64,000 nucleotides of DNA from a virus. Its lineage: Duplodnaviria; Caudoviricetes. The stretch lies in the IMG/VR virus record IMGVR_UViG_3300031555_001469; one strand, given 5' to 3'. This document shows, in pieces, positions 50,479-61,447 of the stretch. The notes beneath the pieces were generated by a model, which had not been told where the DNA came from, ran no database searches, and saw only the letters and a program-made list of their open reading frames with translations. A program made the position numbers and the translations under genes. Within the stretch, counting starts at the first letter, position 1. The number at the start of each line of letters is the position of its first letter.

Positions 50479-50847
50479 TTAATCGTCAAGGTTACTAATA
50501 AAACCAATAAAATAGTTCTTAGCTAACTCAAAATCCTTTTTGGATAATTCATATATTTCATTAGTTCTTTCGACAAATCTCCTATATGCTGTATGGAAGA
50601 TATCATCTCTACCATCAAAAGCAGATACTGCCATTGTTTGGTAAAGCTGATACATAGGACTACCCGGAGCAACATAATGACACATTTTCATGGCATTATA
50701 GAAACTACCCATAGAAAGCAATTCCTTCTTTTCTTCTTCCTCGCTTTCAATTGTGGTAGCCATGGCCTCGATGGTCTGTCTGATTACCTCATCCGGATCG
50801 TTCTTCATTAACTGCATTACCTCGATTACTACATTTCTTTTTTCCAT
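50479..50847 (-). CDS. hypothetical protein, paralogue of 50866-51231
   Basis: shared SPxxxxY...SA..G...IFH...DF(E/D)LAK. Confidence 0.65.
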   Translation of the reverse strand: MEKRNVVIEVMQLMKNDPDEVIRQTIEAMATTIESEEEEKKELLSMGSFYNAMKMCHYVAPGSPMYQLYQTMAVSAFDGRDDIFHTAYRRFVERTNEIYELSKKDFELAKNYFIGFISNLDD

Positions 50848-50865
50848 ATCTTTTTCCTCCTTTTA

Positions 50866-51231
50866 TTATGCTGCTGAATATAATTCATACAGCGAGTGTT
50901 TAGCTAAATCAAAATCAATAGTCAATAACTTTTTAATTTTATTAACTATCAATCTTAATTCCTCAATAGAATCATGGAATATTTTATCATCTCCCATGAT
51001 TGCTGACATTGTCAGCATAAGATATATTCTATGCAACGGACTATCCTTTTCAATAAAGATATTGCAATTCTCCATTGCACTGATAGAACCAAAACTTTTG
51101 AAGTAATCTTTCTGAGATTCTTCATTAGTTACAATCAGTTCTAACGAATCGACAATTTCTGTGATTACCTTATCCTCACGACCATAATGTAACATGTCGA
51201 TGAGTTCCTTTAATAAACCATTTTTCTTCAT
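50866..51231 (-). CDS. hypothetical early protein, paralogue of 50479-50847
   Basis: shared motif; TATATTAT at 51281-51288. Confidence 0.65.
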   Translation of the reverse strand: MKKNGLLKELIDMLHYGREDKVITEIVDSLELIVTNEESQKDYFKSFGSISAMENCNIFIEKDSPLHRIYLMLTMSAIMGDDKIFHDSIEELRLIVNKIKKLLTIDFDLAKHSLYELYSAA

Positions 51232-51381
51232 ATGTATAATACCTCCAGTATTAAGATAATTTATTCAAGTTTCTACAATTATAATATACAAATAATTATC
51301 TTAAGTTTTACAACCTATAAGAGGTATATATTCCTGGAACATTTAGATAAAGTTTAATTAAACGAAAAGGAGGTTATTCTA

Positions 51382-52782
51382 ATGGCAGTTTTAGACCCTA
51401 ATAAGCTGGGTAGAGTACCCGTAGTCCCATTGCCGTATTCTAGAAAAGAATTAGCACAGGGAAAAGAATTAATTATAGACTATCCTCATGGTAATATTTA
51501 TATTGCTGACGAAAATGATCCTTCTATACTTTATAATATTACTGAAGATATTATTAAGCAAGTAGGTGAAATGGATGCATCTACTATGGATATCACCATT
51601 ACATTAGAAAATGGTGATTCGTACCAGTTAAACTTAGCTGAGTTACTTGGTACGATTTATAATAAGATGATTACGACCAATACAGATGCCAGCGAAATAG
51701 CAGCTGTAGGACAGAATTTATCTGAATTAATTCCTGCATTAGCTGTAGATAATGAAGGTAAGAAGTTCGCTTTCGTAACTACAACTGATCAGGTATATTC
51801 TCCTAATGGAGAAACTGTTACCCAAAGATTAAAAGCAATTTGTAGATTAGGTATGGTAAATGCTTTTGTAGAAGCTACCGAAGATAATCAGATGAGCTTT
51901 CAAATTCCATACCCATTCGAAGAATTTGAAGAAGAAGGTAACTATTTTGAAGTATGTATCGGTTCTGTTATCGTAACACCTGATAGATACTCTGTAGAAA
52001 ATGGTATATTAACTTTTGCATTAGAAGAAGATGCTGTTAAAAAGGGAAGGTCTGTTATGTTTAGATTCTGGTTTAATTCATCTACTCCTGATGCAAATGC
52101 TTTGTTAGTGATGGATGGAAGATATATAGCAGATAGATCTATTCCGACTTATAAGCTTCAGAATTTATCTAATGCTATAAACAATCCTAATCCGTATGGT
52201 ATAGCAACATCCCTTGCAGTAAAATCGCTCTATGATGTACTTTCCAGTAGAATGAATAAGGTTGCTGGAGATATAGCATCATTTGTAACTTCTACTGGTA
52301 CAGGAGATGCTTTAGTTGCTGAAATACCATATTTCTCTTTAAAAGATCAGCATGTAATTTATTTAAGATTACATGAAGCTGTACTTAATAATGCTACTCT
52401 TTCTGTTAATGGAAGTGAAGCATATCCTATTTATGTAAATGAAAATCCTATTACCGAAGGAGCTGCTGCTGGCACTATATTGTCTCTCTGCTTTAATGAA
52501 GTTTTAGGAAGATTTCAACTATTCAGCGATACTTCTAAATATAGAGTAGCATCCTATAATAGTAGTTATCATGCTGCTGCTGGTGAGTATATTATTAACT
52601 TTGAAATTCCTGAATTTAATCCATCTTTAGATAAACTTTCTGTTTATCAAAATAATATGAGATTATTCCAAGGAGTGAATTATAATTTAGGAGCTGATCA
52701 TATTGAGCTCATAGATTACGTAACTGACAATAATGACTTTTTCTATTTTGAAGTAGATAGAGTTGTTCCGATTACTTTATAA
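51382..52782 (+). CDS. tail/baseplate-associated structural protein
   Basis: late promoter 51338-51350; ATSLAVKSLYD tail-fibre-type repeat; beta-rich. Confidence 0.6.
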   Translation: MAVLDPNKLGRVPVVPLPYSRKELAQGKELIIDYPHGNIYIADENDPSILYNITEDIIKQVGEMDASTMDITITLENGDSYQLNLAELLGTIYNKMITTNTDASEIAAVGQNLSELIPALAVDNEGKKFAFVTTTDQVYSPNGETVTQRLKAICRLGMVNAFVEATEDNQMSFQIPYPFEEFEEEGNYFEVCIGSVIVTPDRYSVENGILTFALEEDAVKKGRSVMFRFWFNSSTPDANALLVMDGRYIADRSIPTYKLQNLSNAINNPNPYGIATSLAVKSLYDVLSSRMNKVAGDIASFVTSTGTGDALVAEIPYFSLKDQHVIYLRLHEAVLNNATLSVNGSEAYPIYVNENPITEGAAAGTILSLCFNEVLGRFQLFSDTSKYRVASYNSSYHAAAGEYIINFEIPEFNPSLDKLSVYQNNMRLFQGVNYNLGADHIELIDYVTDNNDFFYFEVDRVVPITL

Positions 52783-52798
52783 TAGGAGGTGAAGTTTT

Positions 52799-53701
52799 AT
52801 GTCTATTAATAACAATGACAAGATTACTTCCCGAGAGTTATCTGATGAAGTATTAAATAAGATAGATTACTTAGGTACTACTAAGACATCTAAAGAATAT
52901 TATGTAAGCGAGCCTGTTGGCACTTGGGAAAAAGGTCAGGTTATTCCAGCAGGTACTTTAGTTAGTGATATCTTTGAAGGTATATTTGATTCTTCTTATA
53001 CACCTTTATATGTAAGCCCAGAGCTTAGATTTGATATAACTACTAGTTACGAAATAGGTTCTACGATTTCTCCAGTCATCATACCTACATTTGTACAGAA
53101 TGATGGTGGTGAGGTTACTTCTTATAAATTATTCAGAGAAGTTGATGGAGTTGAAACTCAGGTAGTCGACTCATTAACTATCAATGGATATATTGAAAAA
53201 GGTATTACTACTGATACTATAGGAACGCTTGTTAAATATAGAGCAGTAGTTAGTTATAACGAAGGGTATTATAAGTACGATGAAAATAATCAGCCTATTG
53301 ATGGTAATATATTAGCAGGTGAAATGGAAACTGTTGCTGAAATTATTTGCTATCGAGCAGCATTCTATGAAGCAAGTTTAACCTCTTCTGATCCAGTTAC
53401 TACATCTGGTGAGATAAGATCATTGGAAAATAAGTTACCTAATAATATTGCAGTTGGTGATAGAATTAACCTTGTTTGTCCAGCTGGAACCACAAGAGTA
53501 ACTTTTGCATTCCCAAGTTCTATTGGTTCTGCAAAGATTTTATCTGACGTATTAGGATATGATATTACAGGTGCATTTGTATTAAGTAATGTAACTGTGC
53601 AAGGTGCAAACGCTAATGGTAATACGGATTATAATGTATACACATATATTCCTGCAGTACCTTTCCCTACTGAAGATACTTATATCTTACTGATCAAATA
53701 A
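52799..53701 (+). CDS. tail-associated structural protein
   Basis: beta-rich, FAFP...YNVYTY C-terminus, late operon. Confidence 0.55.
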   Translation: MSINNNDKITSRELSDEVLNKIDYLGTTKTSKEYYVSEPVGTWEKGQVIPAGTLVSDIFEGIFDSSYTPLYVSPELRFDITTSYEIGSTISPVIIPTFVQNDGGEVTSYKLFREVDGVETQVVDSLTINGYIEKGITTDTIGTLVKYRAVVSYNEGYYKYDENNQPIDGNILAGEMETVAEIICYRAAFYEASLTSSDPVTTSGEIRSLENKLPNNIAVGDRINLVCPAGTTRVTFAFPSSIGSAKILSDVLGYDITGAFVLSNVTVQGANANGNTDYNVYTYIPAVPFPTEDTYILLIK

Positions 53702-53741
53702 AATTACGGAGTACACTGTTCTAGTGTACTCCGTAAAATTT

Positions 53742-55664
53742 TTATAAAGTTGTATTATAAGCCCAACCTGAAATACAGTTCCAAACTTCTGTAATCTTTG
53801 CAATATCATTTGATACCATAGGGTTAATATATAACCATAATGGTAAAACTGTGGTATTGTAAGAAGTATCTATACTGTCAATAAGAGCTATTACTTTCTC
53901 TACAAATATACAATCCTGTCTATTTGCTTCGATTTGTGTATTAGAATTTCTAGGTCCATGTGATACCATTGGAGCGAGCCCAATATTAAGATTCGGATAC
54001 GTATCATGAATGATAGTATACATAATCTTAACTGCTTCAACTGCAGTACTTATTTTATTATAGTCGGCATTAATTATAAGATGAGTAAGAGGATCACTAT
54101 CATTAATTCCTATAGATAACAGATAGTATCTGATATCAAAGATATAAAAGTCTCCACTCTTATCACTAGATAATGCATAACTTAATTCATTCTTTGCACC
54201 TGTTTTTCTGTAACACCAAGCTGGATATTTCTCTTTATCTAAAGAACCAGCAATTCTCATAAATGGACTATGTCCTTTTGTGGTATCTATGCCTACCAAA
54301 GCTTCATAACTTTCTGTAATCTGCTTAGCAAACACTATACTACCTGGCAGAGATAAGTTATCTCTATATACATCTTCATGTGCAATGATACCAAACTTGT
54401 AGTCTTTATTAACTTCTTCAGAAGTATATTTAAACACTTCAACAGTTTTACTATCATTACCAGAATATATTGTATTTAAACCTTCATTGAAAGTAGCACC
54501 CAAACTTGGGTAAGATATATTACCATTAGAATCTATTATTGTAATAGTATTGGTGGTCAATCCTGCTATTGTCATAGAAGTCTTTAAAATAGGATTATTG
54601 TTAACTATATACAATTTATCCGTTAATAATAATTTAGTATTTGGGTTTAAGATATTCTCATCTACAATTGCTGCTAATTTATTAATACGACCTTCCAACG
54701 GCATTAACTTATTATCAGTATTAGACTTTGTTTTAAATCCATCTACTAATGTATATGTGAACGTATCAAGTATCACACAATTTTCTGGTAAGAAATTAGG
54801 ATTATTGATAACACTTACCTCAAATATATTTTGATTAAATATTATCATAAAATAGCCCACTTCTTTTTTATCTAACTCAAAGCTTCCCTCTGGAACAGAA
54901 TGTACTTCACCTGTAGTTTTATTAACACAATAAAACTTATCCCATTCTATACTATGAGTAGTCTTATCATAATTATACCCCCATAACGCTACATCGTAAT
55001 CTGGAGTAGTAGTCTTAGCTTCTACACATATTAATGTAGGGTATGGATTATACGATAATATATCATTGGTCTTATCATAAGTAGCTATTAAAATCGAATT
55101 CTCTTCATTCAAATTATTAATAGTAAATCTATGAGTAGACGGGTTGTAGTATAAACTAATTATACCATTAATGTTTTTTAAATCAATATCCGGATGTCTT
55201 GTAATAGGATATGATTTATTATTAAATAAAATTGTCATATCACCTGGGAAGACAATTTTATTATTTGTATTAGATATTACGATAGAGCTTGGAGCAGAAA
55301 TACTTAACTTGGATGGTTCACAAGAACAGTTGCTAACCCAAGAACTGTTTTCTAATTTTCCGTTTGCTATAATCAGATATCCAATAGCCATTGTATCATC
55401 AGGTATACTATCATCCAACACACCAGAAAATAACTTGGTGTATGAATTATAAGTAAGAGTTACAATACAATTATCAGTATAAGTTATAAAAGACGTAGAG
55501 TCTTCCTCGATAAAATATTTATCAAATCCGACACAAATATATGAGTCTTTATAAACTGTCAGTGCAATCGTCTTAGTTTCTGAATCTAATTCGATTTTGG
55601 GAGTTTTAGCAGATATAATTACCCCATTTAAGAGGTGTCTAATCGCTGTATCAATATTACTCAT
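53742..55664 (-). CDS. tail-associated protein, possible degenerate SGNH-like C-terminal domain
   Basis: late promoter 55690-55702; tail-module context. Confidence 0.5.
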   Translation of the reverse strand: MSNIDTAIRHLLNGVIISAKTPKIELDSETKTIALTVYKDSYICVGFDKYFIEEDSTSFITYTDNCIVTLTYNSYTKLFSGVLDDSIPDDTMAIGYLIIANGKLENSSWVSNCSCEPSKLSISAPSSIVISNTNNKIVFPGDMTILFNNKSYPITRHPDIDLKNINGIISLYYNPSTHRFTINNLNEENSILIATYDKTNDILSYNPYPTLICVEAKTTTPDYDVALWGYNYDKTTHSIEWDKFYCVNKTTGEVHSVPEGSFELDKKEVGYFMIIFNQNIFEVSVINNPNFLPENCVILDTFTYTLVDGFKTKSNTDNKLMPLEGRINKLAAIVDENILNPNTKLLLTDKLYIVNNNPILKTSMTIAGLTTNTITIIDSNGNISYPSLGATFNEGLNTIYSGNDSKTVEVFKYTSEEVNKDYKFGIIAHEDVYRDNLSLPGSIVFAKQITESYEALVGIDTTKGHSPFMRIAGSLDKEKYPAWCYRKTGAKNELSYALSSDKSGDFYIFDIRYYLLSIGINDSDPLTHLIINADYNKISTAVEAVKIMYTIIHDTYPNLNIGLAPMVSHGPRNSNTQIEANRQDCIFVEKVIALIDSIDTSYNTTVLPLWLYINPMVSNDIAKITEVWNCISGWAYNTTL

Positions 55665-55749
55665 ATTTAAACCTCCATTCTATTTTACATTACCTAAATG
55701 TTTTCGATAAATAAAGAGGAAGGTGAGCAAATTCACCTTCCTCCTATGC

Positions 55750-56199
55750 TTATTTAATATATGATACAGATGTATTGACAAAAATATTTTCACTATAAGT
55801 GCTATCAATTAATACAACTCCATCACTTCTTATAATCATATCCGCAAGTTCTAACGTACCTGCTCTTGTAATAGCTACAGTATACAACATTGCTTTCGAT
55901 GGGATATAATTCTTAGGTAAAGTAAACAAAGGCTCATTACTGTTAGCTACTGTCATATTTATATTTAAAGTAACTACACCATCAACCATTACAACCTTAC
56001 CACATTCTGATCCATTTACCATAATATCTTCAGAAGAATGCTTAATCTTATCTGAAGATATAGATGATATTGTTTTAATTAAATCTGCCATTTGTTTAAC
56101 AAGTTTGTTTAAAGTCTTCTTATCTTTAGATGACATTAAACCATCTCTTGTTTCACTGGCAAGTTCTACCTTTTTAGGTAATGCATTTCCTATACCCAT
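55750..56199 (-). CDS. short tail-fibre-like protein (start MGIGN)
   Basis: RDGLMSSKDK repeat; LFTLPKNYIP C-terminal fibre motif. Confidence 0.6.
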   Translation of the reverse strand: MGIGNALPKKVELASETRDGLMSSKDKKTLNKLVKQMADLIKTISSISSDKIKHSSEDIMVNGSECGKVVMVDGVVTLNINMTVANSNEPLFTLPKNYIPSKAMLYTVAITRAGTLELADMIIRSDGVVLIDSTYSENIFVNTSVSYIK

Positions 56200-56210
56200 T
56201 TCTAAACCTC

Positions 56211-58358
56211 CTATAACATTGTAGGCATATCTACCCAAGATGTACCATCCCAGATATAATATTCACCCGTTGTTGTGTTATAATAAAACATACCAGCTTT
56301 GTCTGCAGATGTAGGCATATCTGCTATAGTACCATGCACTTTGAATTCTGTATTTTCTGGATAATCGTATAATCCTCCTGTATAATACAAAGCGCCATTA
56401 TAAGCATGTAAGTAGCAGTTTGATTTTACATCAAATACAGTATAATCACAAATCTCTGGAATATCTGATAATAATTCATCAATTGTACCAATAGCAAGTC
56501 TCTCATGGATGCTAGTTCCAACTGAATAATATATTAATTTTCCTTCAGATTTAATTACATTTCCAGTACTAATCAAACTAGTCCAGCATTGATGAGATAC
56601 ATTTTCCTGTAACTTATCTAAATTTCTGTACAAGTTTAATGGATAATTTATACCCTTAAGACCATTGAAGAATGGTAATAATAAGCTATTTAATTCTGTA
56701 GTAGTCATTACTCCATTTTCTAATCTTATAATATAATTCTTTCCATTGAATCTATCCTTCATAATAATACCATTTGGAATATTATCGACAGATGCCATAA
56801 TAGTTCTACTTGGATCTGTAGATGTAGGATTCTGCTCAATAGCGTAGCCAAGAGCTACATCTAATGTTTGACCGACCACCTTATCATTAGAATATAAGAT
56901 ATCTTCAGCATTAGATAATTCAGTATTACTGAAACTATTTCCCCATGTCACTACAATATTAGAACCGAATATTACATTGATCGGGATCTCTAATGTAGGA
57001 CATTCTTTAGCAGTAATTACTATAGTATTTTCTTCTATGCTATATACCGATAACTCGATATTCATAGCTTCAATCTCAGCGTCCTTTGGAATATTATTTG
57101 CTAAACCGATACAACCGTTAGCATTAGTATCCAAATCAGTTAACTCACCTAAGATGTAGACATATGCATCTAATGTACCATTATATACCCACTTATCAGG
57201 ATATAATGTAAATGAAGCATACTGCGCTACAGCAGTTCTATCAGCAAATCCCTGAGCACTCTGTATTACATTTATATTGGCACCGTATGTGATTCCTATC
57301 TTGATATCATACATAGGGATAGTTCCATTACAGATAAATGTAATTTCACCATCTCCTTGAACGATAGTAATCTCGGCAGCCATTAATGCTTCTATTTCCT
57401 CGTCAGTTAAAGTAGATGGTATAAATACAGAACCGTTTACTGTTTCGGTCATACCCTCTAATAAAAACGTCTGACTATATTTTGTTGTAGATATTCCAGA
57501 GTTTAATACCCATCCAGCATTAGCTAAAGTTATTTCTCTAGAATAAGTTTTTGAACTTATTACTGTATTATTAGGTACTACAACTACATTGGTACCAAAA
57601 GCTACAGTCATATCGAAGTCTACAGTCGGAATGATTCCATTCGCCTTCAGGATAATATATCCGTTACCCTGTTCGATTACATCTATATCTCCTTCTAATA
57701 CAGATTCTATCTGTTCATCTGCTAATTCAGAAGCAATAGAGACTACTGCCTGATCGCCACTTAATAAGTCAGGAACAATAGCTCTATAAGTGTTATTTTC
57801 CTGATTCCATGCATATGCATGAATTGTGATGGTTCTAAGTTTTGTATCTACAGTACCAGAGTTAGGTAACTCTACTGCATTAATAACACCACCTACTACA
57901 AGTCTAAGTGTAATATCTACTTCAGGTCTATCTTCATCACAATAAAATACTACATAACCATCACCCTGTTCGATATTAGTAATTCTAGCATTGATAACTG
58001 CATCATACTGCTCTTGTGTACTTTCAGAGCCCATAGATACTACTACGTTATCTGTTTCATATAAATCATGAACCTCAACCCTATAACTATAAGGTTTCTC
58101 TTCACTCCATTTATCAGCTTCAAGAGTCACATCAATATCTGCTCTTGTTACAGCCATATGACTTAGAGTTTTATCATCGTTAATTACATAGACATCTCGT
58201 CTATAGTCTGTTGTTTTAACAGCAATTACGTGACCAGGGTATCCGATAGGACTTTTAGCATATTCTGCAGCTAACTCATACGATTCGAATACATCCTTTT
58301 CATCTAATGGGCCACTATACATTCTAGAAAATTGTAAGGGCATACCAACATTTGCCAT
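56211..58358 (-). CDS. tail fibre/adhesin-like protein with four ~100-aa tandem domains
   Basis: repeated (V/I/F)TLxxxxW...QGDG..I.F....P..DI; late promoter 58392-58404. Confidence 0.65.
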   Translation of the reverse strand: MANVGMPLQFSRMYSGPLDEKDVFESYELAAEYAKSPIGYPGHVIAVKTTDYRRDVYVINDDKTLSHMAVTRADIDVTLEADKWSEEKPYSYRVEVHDLYETDNVVVSMGSESTQEQYDAVINARITNIEQGDGYVVFYCDEDRPEVDITLRLVVGGVINAVELPNSGTVDTKLRTITIHAYAWNQENNTYRAIVPDLLSGDQAVVSIASELADEQIESVLEGDIDVIEQGNGYIILKANGIIPTVDFDMTVAFGTNVVVVPNNTVISSKTYSREITLANAGWVLNSGISTTKYSQTFLLEGMTETVNGSVFIPSTLTDEEIEALMAAEITIVQGDGEITFICNGTIPMYDIKIGITYGANINVIQSAQGFADRTAVAQYASFTLYPDKWVYNGTLDAYVYILGELTDLDTNANGCIGLANNIPKDAEIEAMNIELSVYSIEENTIVITAKECPTLEIPINVIFGSNIVVTWGNSFSNTELSNAEDILYSNDKVVGQTLDVALGYAIEQNPTSTDPSRTIMASVDNIPNGIIMKDRFNGKNYIIRLENGVMTTTELNSLLLPFFNGLKGINYPLNLYRNLDKLQENVSHQCWTSLISTGNVIKSEGKLIYYSVGTSIHERLAIGTIDELLSDIPEICDYTVFDVKSNCYLHAYNGALYYTGGLYDYPENTEFKVHGTIADMPTSADKAGMFYYNTTTGEYYIWDGTSWVDMPTML

Positions 58359-58455
58359 AATTAATTACCTCCTTTTAATAATTATGATAATTTACTCTAA
58401 TGTTCCAGTTGAACGTAATAACAGGGATTAGTGAACCCACTAATCCCTGCTAATA

Positions 58456-58881
58456 TTAGAATATCTTATATCTAGGTTTTTCTTCTTTAAACAACCAATA
58501 TCTTAACCAGTCGTCTAGCATTATTGCACCGATACCAACAAATACCCATAAGAATGCAAATAATAAACAAACCTGACCTAAAATATTTAATGGTAAATTA
58601 GAATAATCCCATACATTCCATCCTAATTTTATATTTATTATATATCCAGCAATAAACTCTAATATGGTTATCCCAATACTAGCGATAATTCCTTGCAGAT
58701 ATAACGGGGTATCCCAAGATAATACTTCATTGATAAGGCCACAGAATATGAATGCGACCCCACCAAGTAAAGTCATAGTCCAATGAGAGTATCCCCTGAA
58801 CAATATTTCTACCAAATTATAAGCAAGTCCTCCTAATGTAAATAGAACGACAAACTCATAAAATCTTAATTCCTTTTTCAT
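58456..58881 (-). CDS. four-TM membrane protein of the 'putative ABC transporter permease' (CmpB-like) family
   Basis: EILFRGYSHW, LEFIAG, WDYS..PLN..GQVCL. Confidence 0.8.
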   Translation of the reverse strand: MKKELRFYEFVVLFTLGGLAYNLVEILFRGYSHWTMTLLGGVAFIFCGLINEVLSWDTPLYLQGIIASIGITILEFIAGYIINIKLGWNVWDYSNLPLNILGQVCLLFAFLWVFVGIGAIMLDDWLRYWLFKEEKPRYKIF

Positions 58882-59525
58882 GTCGCATACCTCGGATCTA
58901 CAGATCTGAAGTCTACTTCAATTGCTTCTACCTCTGAATAGCTAGTGCAATTATGGATCTGTTTTTCGATACCTTGCTGATATGCAATAAGAGGGTTAAC
59001 GATATTCTTAATCTGAATTGCTAATGTACATAACTGCTCTTCGGAGATTTCTTTACATACTTCACCTGTAGAGTTCCAAGTCAGAGTTGCAGTTCCCATT
59101 AACTGCTTTTCTACAGTATACGTAGCATATGCAGTAGTCATAAGGTTCTGCTTGTCTTTTGTAATAGCAAATGTTTCTACCTCACCTCTGATATTGATGA
59201 CCAGAGGGTTATTCTTTAAGTAATATTCAAGCAACTGCTTTGTGTATTCAATCTTACTTGCTTTCAAATTGCTTAAATAATATGGCGAATCGATAGATGT
59301 ATCATTCTGAATAGCGTATTCTAACCATGCATCGAAATTATTATTAATAACTTCATATAAGTTAGATCTACTCTTTACTTCGAATGTGTACATATCGCCT
59401 TCATATTCATTAACACCATCGTGTTTAACTGGTGTAAAGTTTACACTTAACTGTACCTCAGTAACAAGGTCGTTCTTTTTATTAAGAACAATCTTTTCTG
59501 GGATAGTAACAGCATGTACTTTCAT
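58878..59525 (-). CDS. tail fibre assembly/chaperone-like protein (DUF4376-like)
   Basis: follows a fibre gene; C-terminal QIHNCTSYSEVEAI pattern. Confidence 0.5.
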   Translation of the reverse strand: MKVHAVTIPEKIVLNKKNDLVTEVQLSVNFTPVKHDGVNEYEGDMYTFEVKSRSNLYEVINNNFDAWLEYAIQNDTSIDSPYYLSNLKASKIEYTKQLLEYYLKNNPLVINIRGEVETFAITKDKQNLMTTAYATYTVEKQLMGTATLTWNSTGEVCKEISEEQLCTLAIQIKNIVNPLIAYQQGIEKQIHNCTSYSEVEAIEVDFRSVDPRYAT

Positions 59526-59539
59526 AGTAGTTCTCCTTT

Positions 59540-61447
59540 CTAATAGTTATAAGATAATCTAGTACCAAACTTGGTATCAGCTGTCTTAAGCTCAGCTGTA
59601 TTCAATGCATATAAACCTACAGAAGTAATTCCATCAGTTAATGCACCTCCAACAGCAACCTGTCGCTCATTAACTCCATTATTTGTAATGAAGTTATCTG
59701 TATAGAAAGTGGAAGAAGATCCACCCAAAATCTTATTTGCGAATCTGCATGATAACGCTTTTGGGTCATATCCTAATGAAGAAATATATCCAGTTTGAGT
59801 AGGACATCCATATCCTAAATAAATATACTCTCCATCAATATCTTTACTATACTTTATAGTACCATTCTCACATAATACCTGATATAAGATAGTCCACTGA
59901 TTACCCCAAGGGTTTTCAATGTATCTATATCTACATGGATAGATACCTAATGTATTACTTATTAGTGAACCTGTTGGGCCTAATACTGCATTAGTAGCAC
60001 CAGTCATCCAAGGTCCATTGTTAATATAACATCCAGCAGCTATTGTAATAGGATCACCATTAAATGTAATTAATAAATAATCACCAGAATCAGATTGAGC
60101 TCCTGTATTGTCACATCTGGTGATTGCAGAAATTACTCTATCACCTACTACTAATATTCCAGCTTCGGAATAAATAGAGAAAATCTGAGATACTGCAAGT
60201 TTTAAAGATTCAGAAGTTCTCTTAACAATAACATTATTTGTGTTAGATGTTGTTGCTGTAACAGTTACAGTATTTCCTGTACACAAAGCAGCAGCACCTG
60301 TCATTATCTTCTGAGAATTTCTTGTGGCATATTCTACAGTGAATAAGAATCTAATTAATTCATAATCATCTACTGTAAATCCACAATGATTGTCTCCAAT
60401 CGATTTACAAGTATTTAATAACGAAGTATAATTACCAGCTATAGGTGATACACCAGATACTGATCCTTTATCACTTAATCCATAAGCTGCAATATATACT
60501 TTTTCTAAAGAAGTTCCATTAGCTCTAATGAATTTTTCTGGTAATCTATATCCATCGAGTCTTGTTCCAGACACATACATAGATTCAGTATCTCCATCAA
60601 TAACTTCTCTAATATAGAATTTAGGTATTTCTACCCATACGTTACCATTAGAACCATCTAAAGCAAATCCTGGTTCTCCATCATATGCAGTAACTACAAA
60701 CCCTCCGAGCTCAGTGTAATATCCATTACATCTTACAATGTCACTCCATGGATAAATTGAGTCGAAATCATTTGTTCCCCTGGCACTATCTGTAGATGCT
60801 TCAGCAATTAAATCAATTGCATCATCTAATCTTGTGCCTGTGGAACTACTTCCTGTGAATGTAACACCATATCTCTTAATAGCAGCATTAGATACTTTAA
60901 TTCCTAAAGCGTCTAATCTATCTTTTAAGCAAGCATATGCTACATTATTTTCATCAAGTCTGGCATCTACTACTTCTGTAGGAGTGTCAGTATTTGTGTT
61001 TGCTAAGATATTAGCTATTCTGGCATTAACTGATGCTTTGGCTACATCTAATTCTGCACTAACTTCTGCAATTGCTTCATCTATATTATCTCCATCTTTC
61101 ATAGACATAATAAATTTAGCATATAAATTACAGTAAGTTAAATGTAATACACTTCCATCTCCAATAGGAGTGGAGTCACTTGAAATTAAATAGATTCTAA
61201 TCTGAGAATCATCGAGAACTGTTTCGGATCCTAATACAAAAACTGTTTCGTTTGCTGCTAAATTAGTAGCAGAAACCATAGAGTTTATTGTATCAAAAGT
61301 GTGTATTTTTCGTCCGATGGTCTCCATTAAACTATTTTTCTTATTCTCTAAACTGTCTAAAAGGCGTTTATCACTCTTTGACAATAACCCGTCTCTATTT
61401 GGTGTAGCTACAGGTATCTTTTTAGGAAAATTATCATAAATAGGCAT
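59540..61447 (-). CDS. tail fibre/receptor-binding protein, paralogue A
   Basis: EVVDAR upper-baseplate-like motif, WVEIPKFY, YIENPWGNQW, C-terminal FGTRLSY (C-type-lectin/Mtd-like). Confidence 0.75.
   Translation of the reverse strand: MPIYDNFPKKIPVATPNRDGLLSKSDKRLLDSLENKKNSLMETIGRKIHTFDTINSMVSATNLAANETVFVLGSETVLDDSQIRIYLISSDSTPIGDGSVLHLTYCNLYAKFIMSMKDGDNIDEAIAEVSAELDVAKASVNARIANILANTNTDTPTEVVDARLDENNVAYACLKDRLDALGIKVSNAAIKRYGVTFTGSSSTGTRLDDAIDLIAEASTDSARGTNDFDSIYPWSDIVRCNGYYTELGGFVVTAYDGEPGFALDGSNGNVWVEIPKFYIREVIDGDTESMYVSGTRLDGYRLPEKFIRANGTSLEKVYIAAYGLSDKGSVSGVSPIAGNYTSLLNTCKSIGDNHCGFTVDDYELIRFLFTVEYATRNSQKIMTGAAALCTGNTVTVTATTSNTNNVIVKRTSESLKLAVSQIFSIYSEAGILVVGDRVISAITRCDNTGAQSDSGDYLLITFNGDPITIAAGCYINNGPWMTGATNAVLGPTGSLISNTLGIYPCRYRYIENPWGNQWTILYQVLCENGTIKYSKDIDGEYIYLGYGCPTQTGYISSLGYDPKALSCRFANKILGGSSSTFYTDNFITNNGVNERQVAVGGALTDGITSVGLYALNTAELKTADTKFGTRLSYNY

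Larger units (their letters stand above)
3387..51288 (-). promoter_or_regulatory. dispersed early-type promoter motif TATATTAT (sites at 3387, 8088, 13021, 18812, 21174, 22632, 25641, 27422, 29172, 31634, 37573, 50410, 51281)
   Basis: each site is intergenic, tens of nt upstream of a minus-strand RBS, and resembles the phiKZ early consensus TATATTAC; an all-A/T 8-mer is common by chance here, so position is the real evidence. Confidence 0.65.

Noticed and set aside
58456-58881. Functional ABC transporter
   Set aside because: Lone small membrane protein with no ATPase or binding protein; the family is often found beside phage tail genes.
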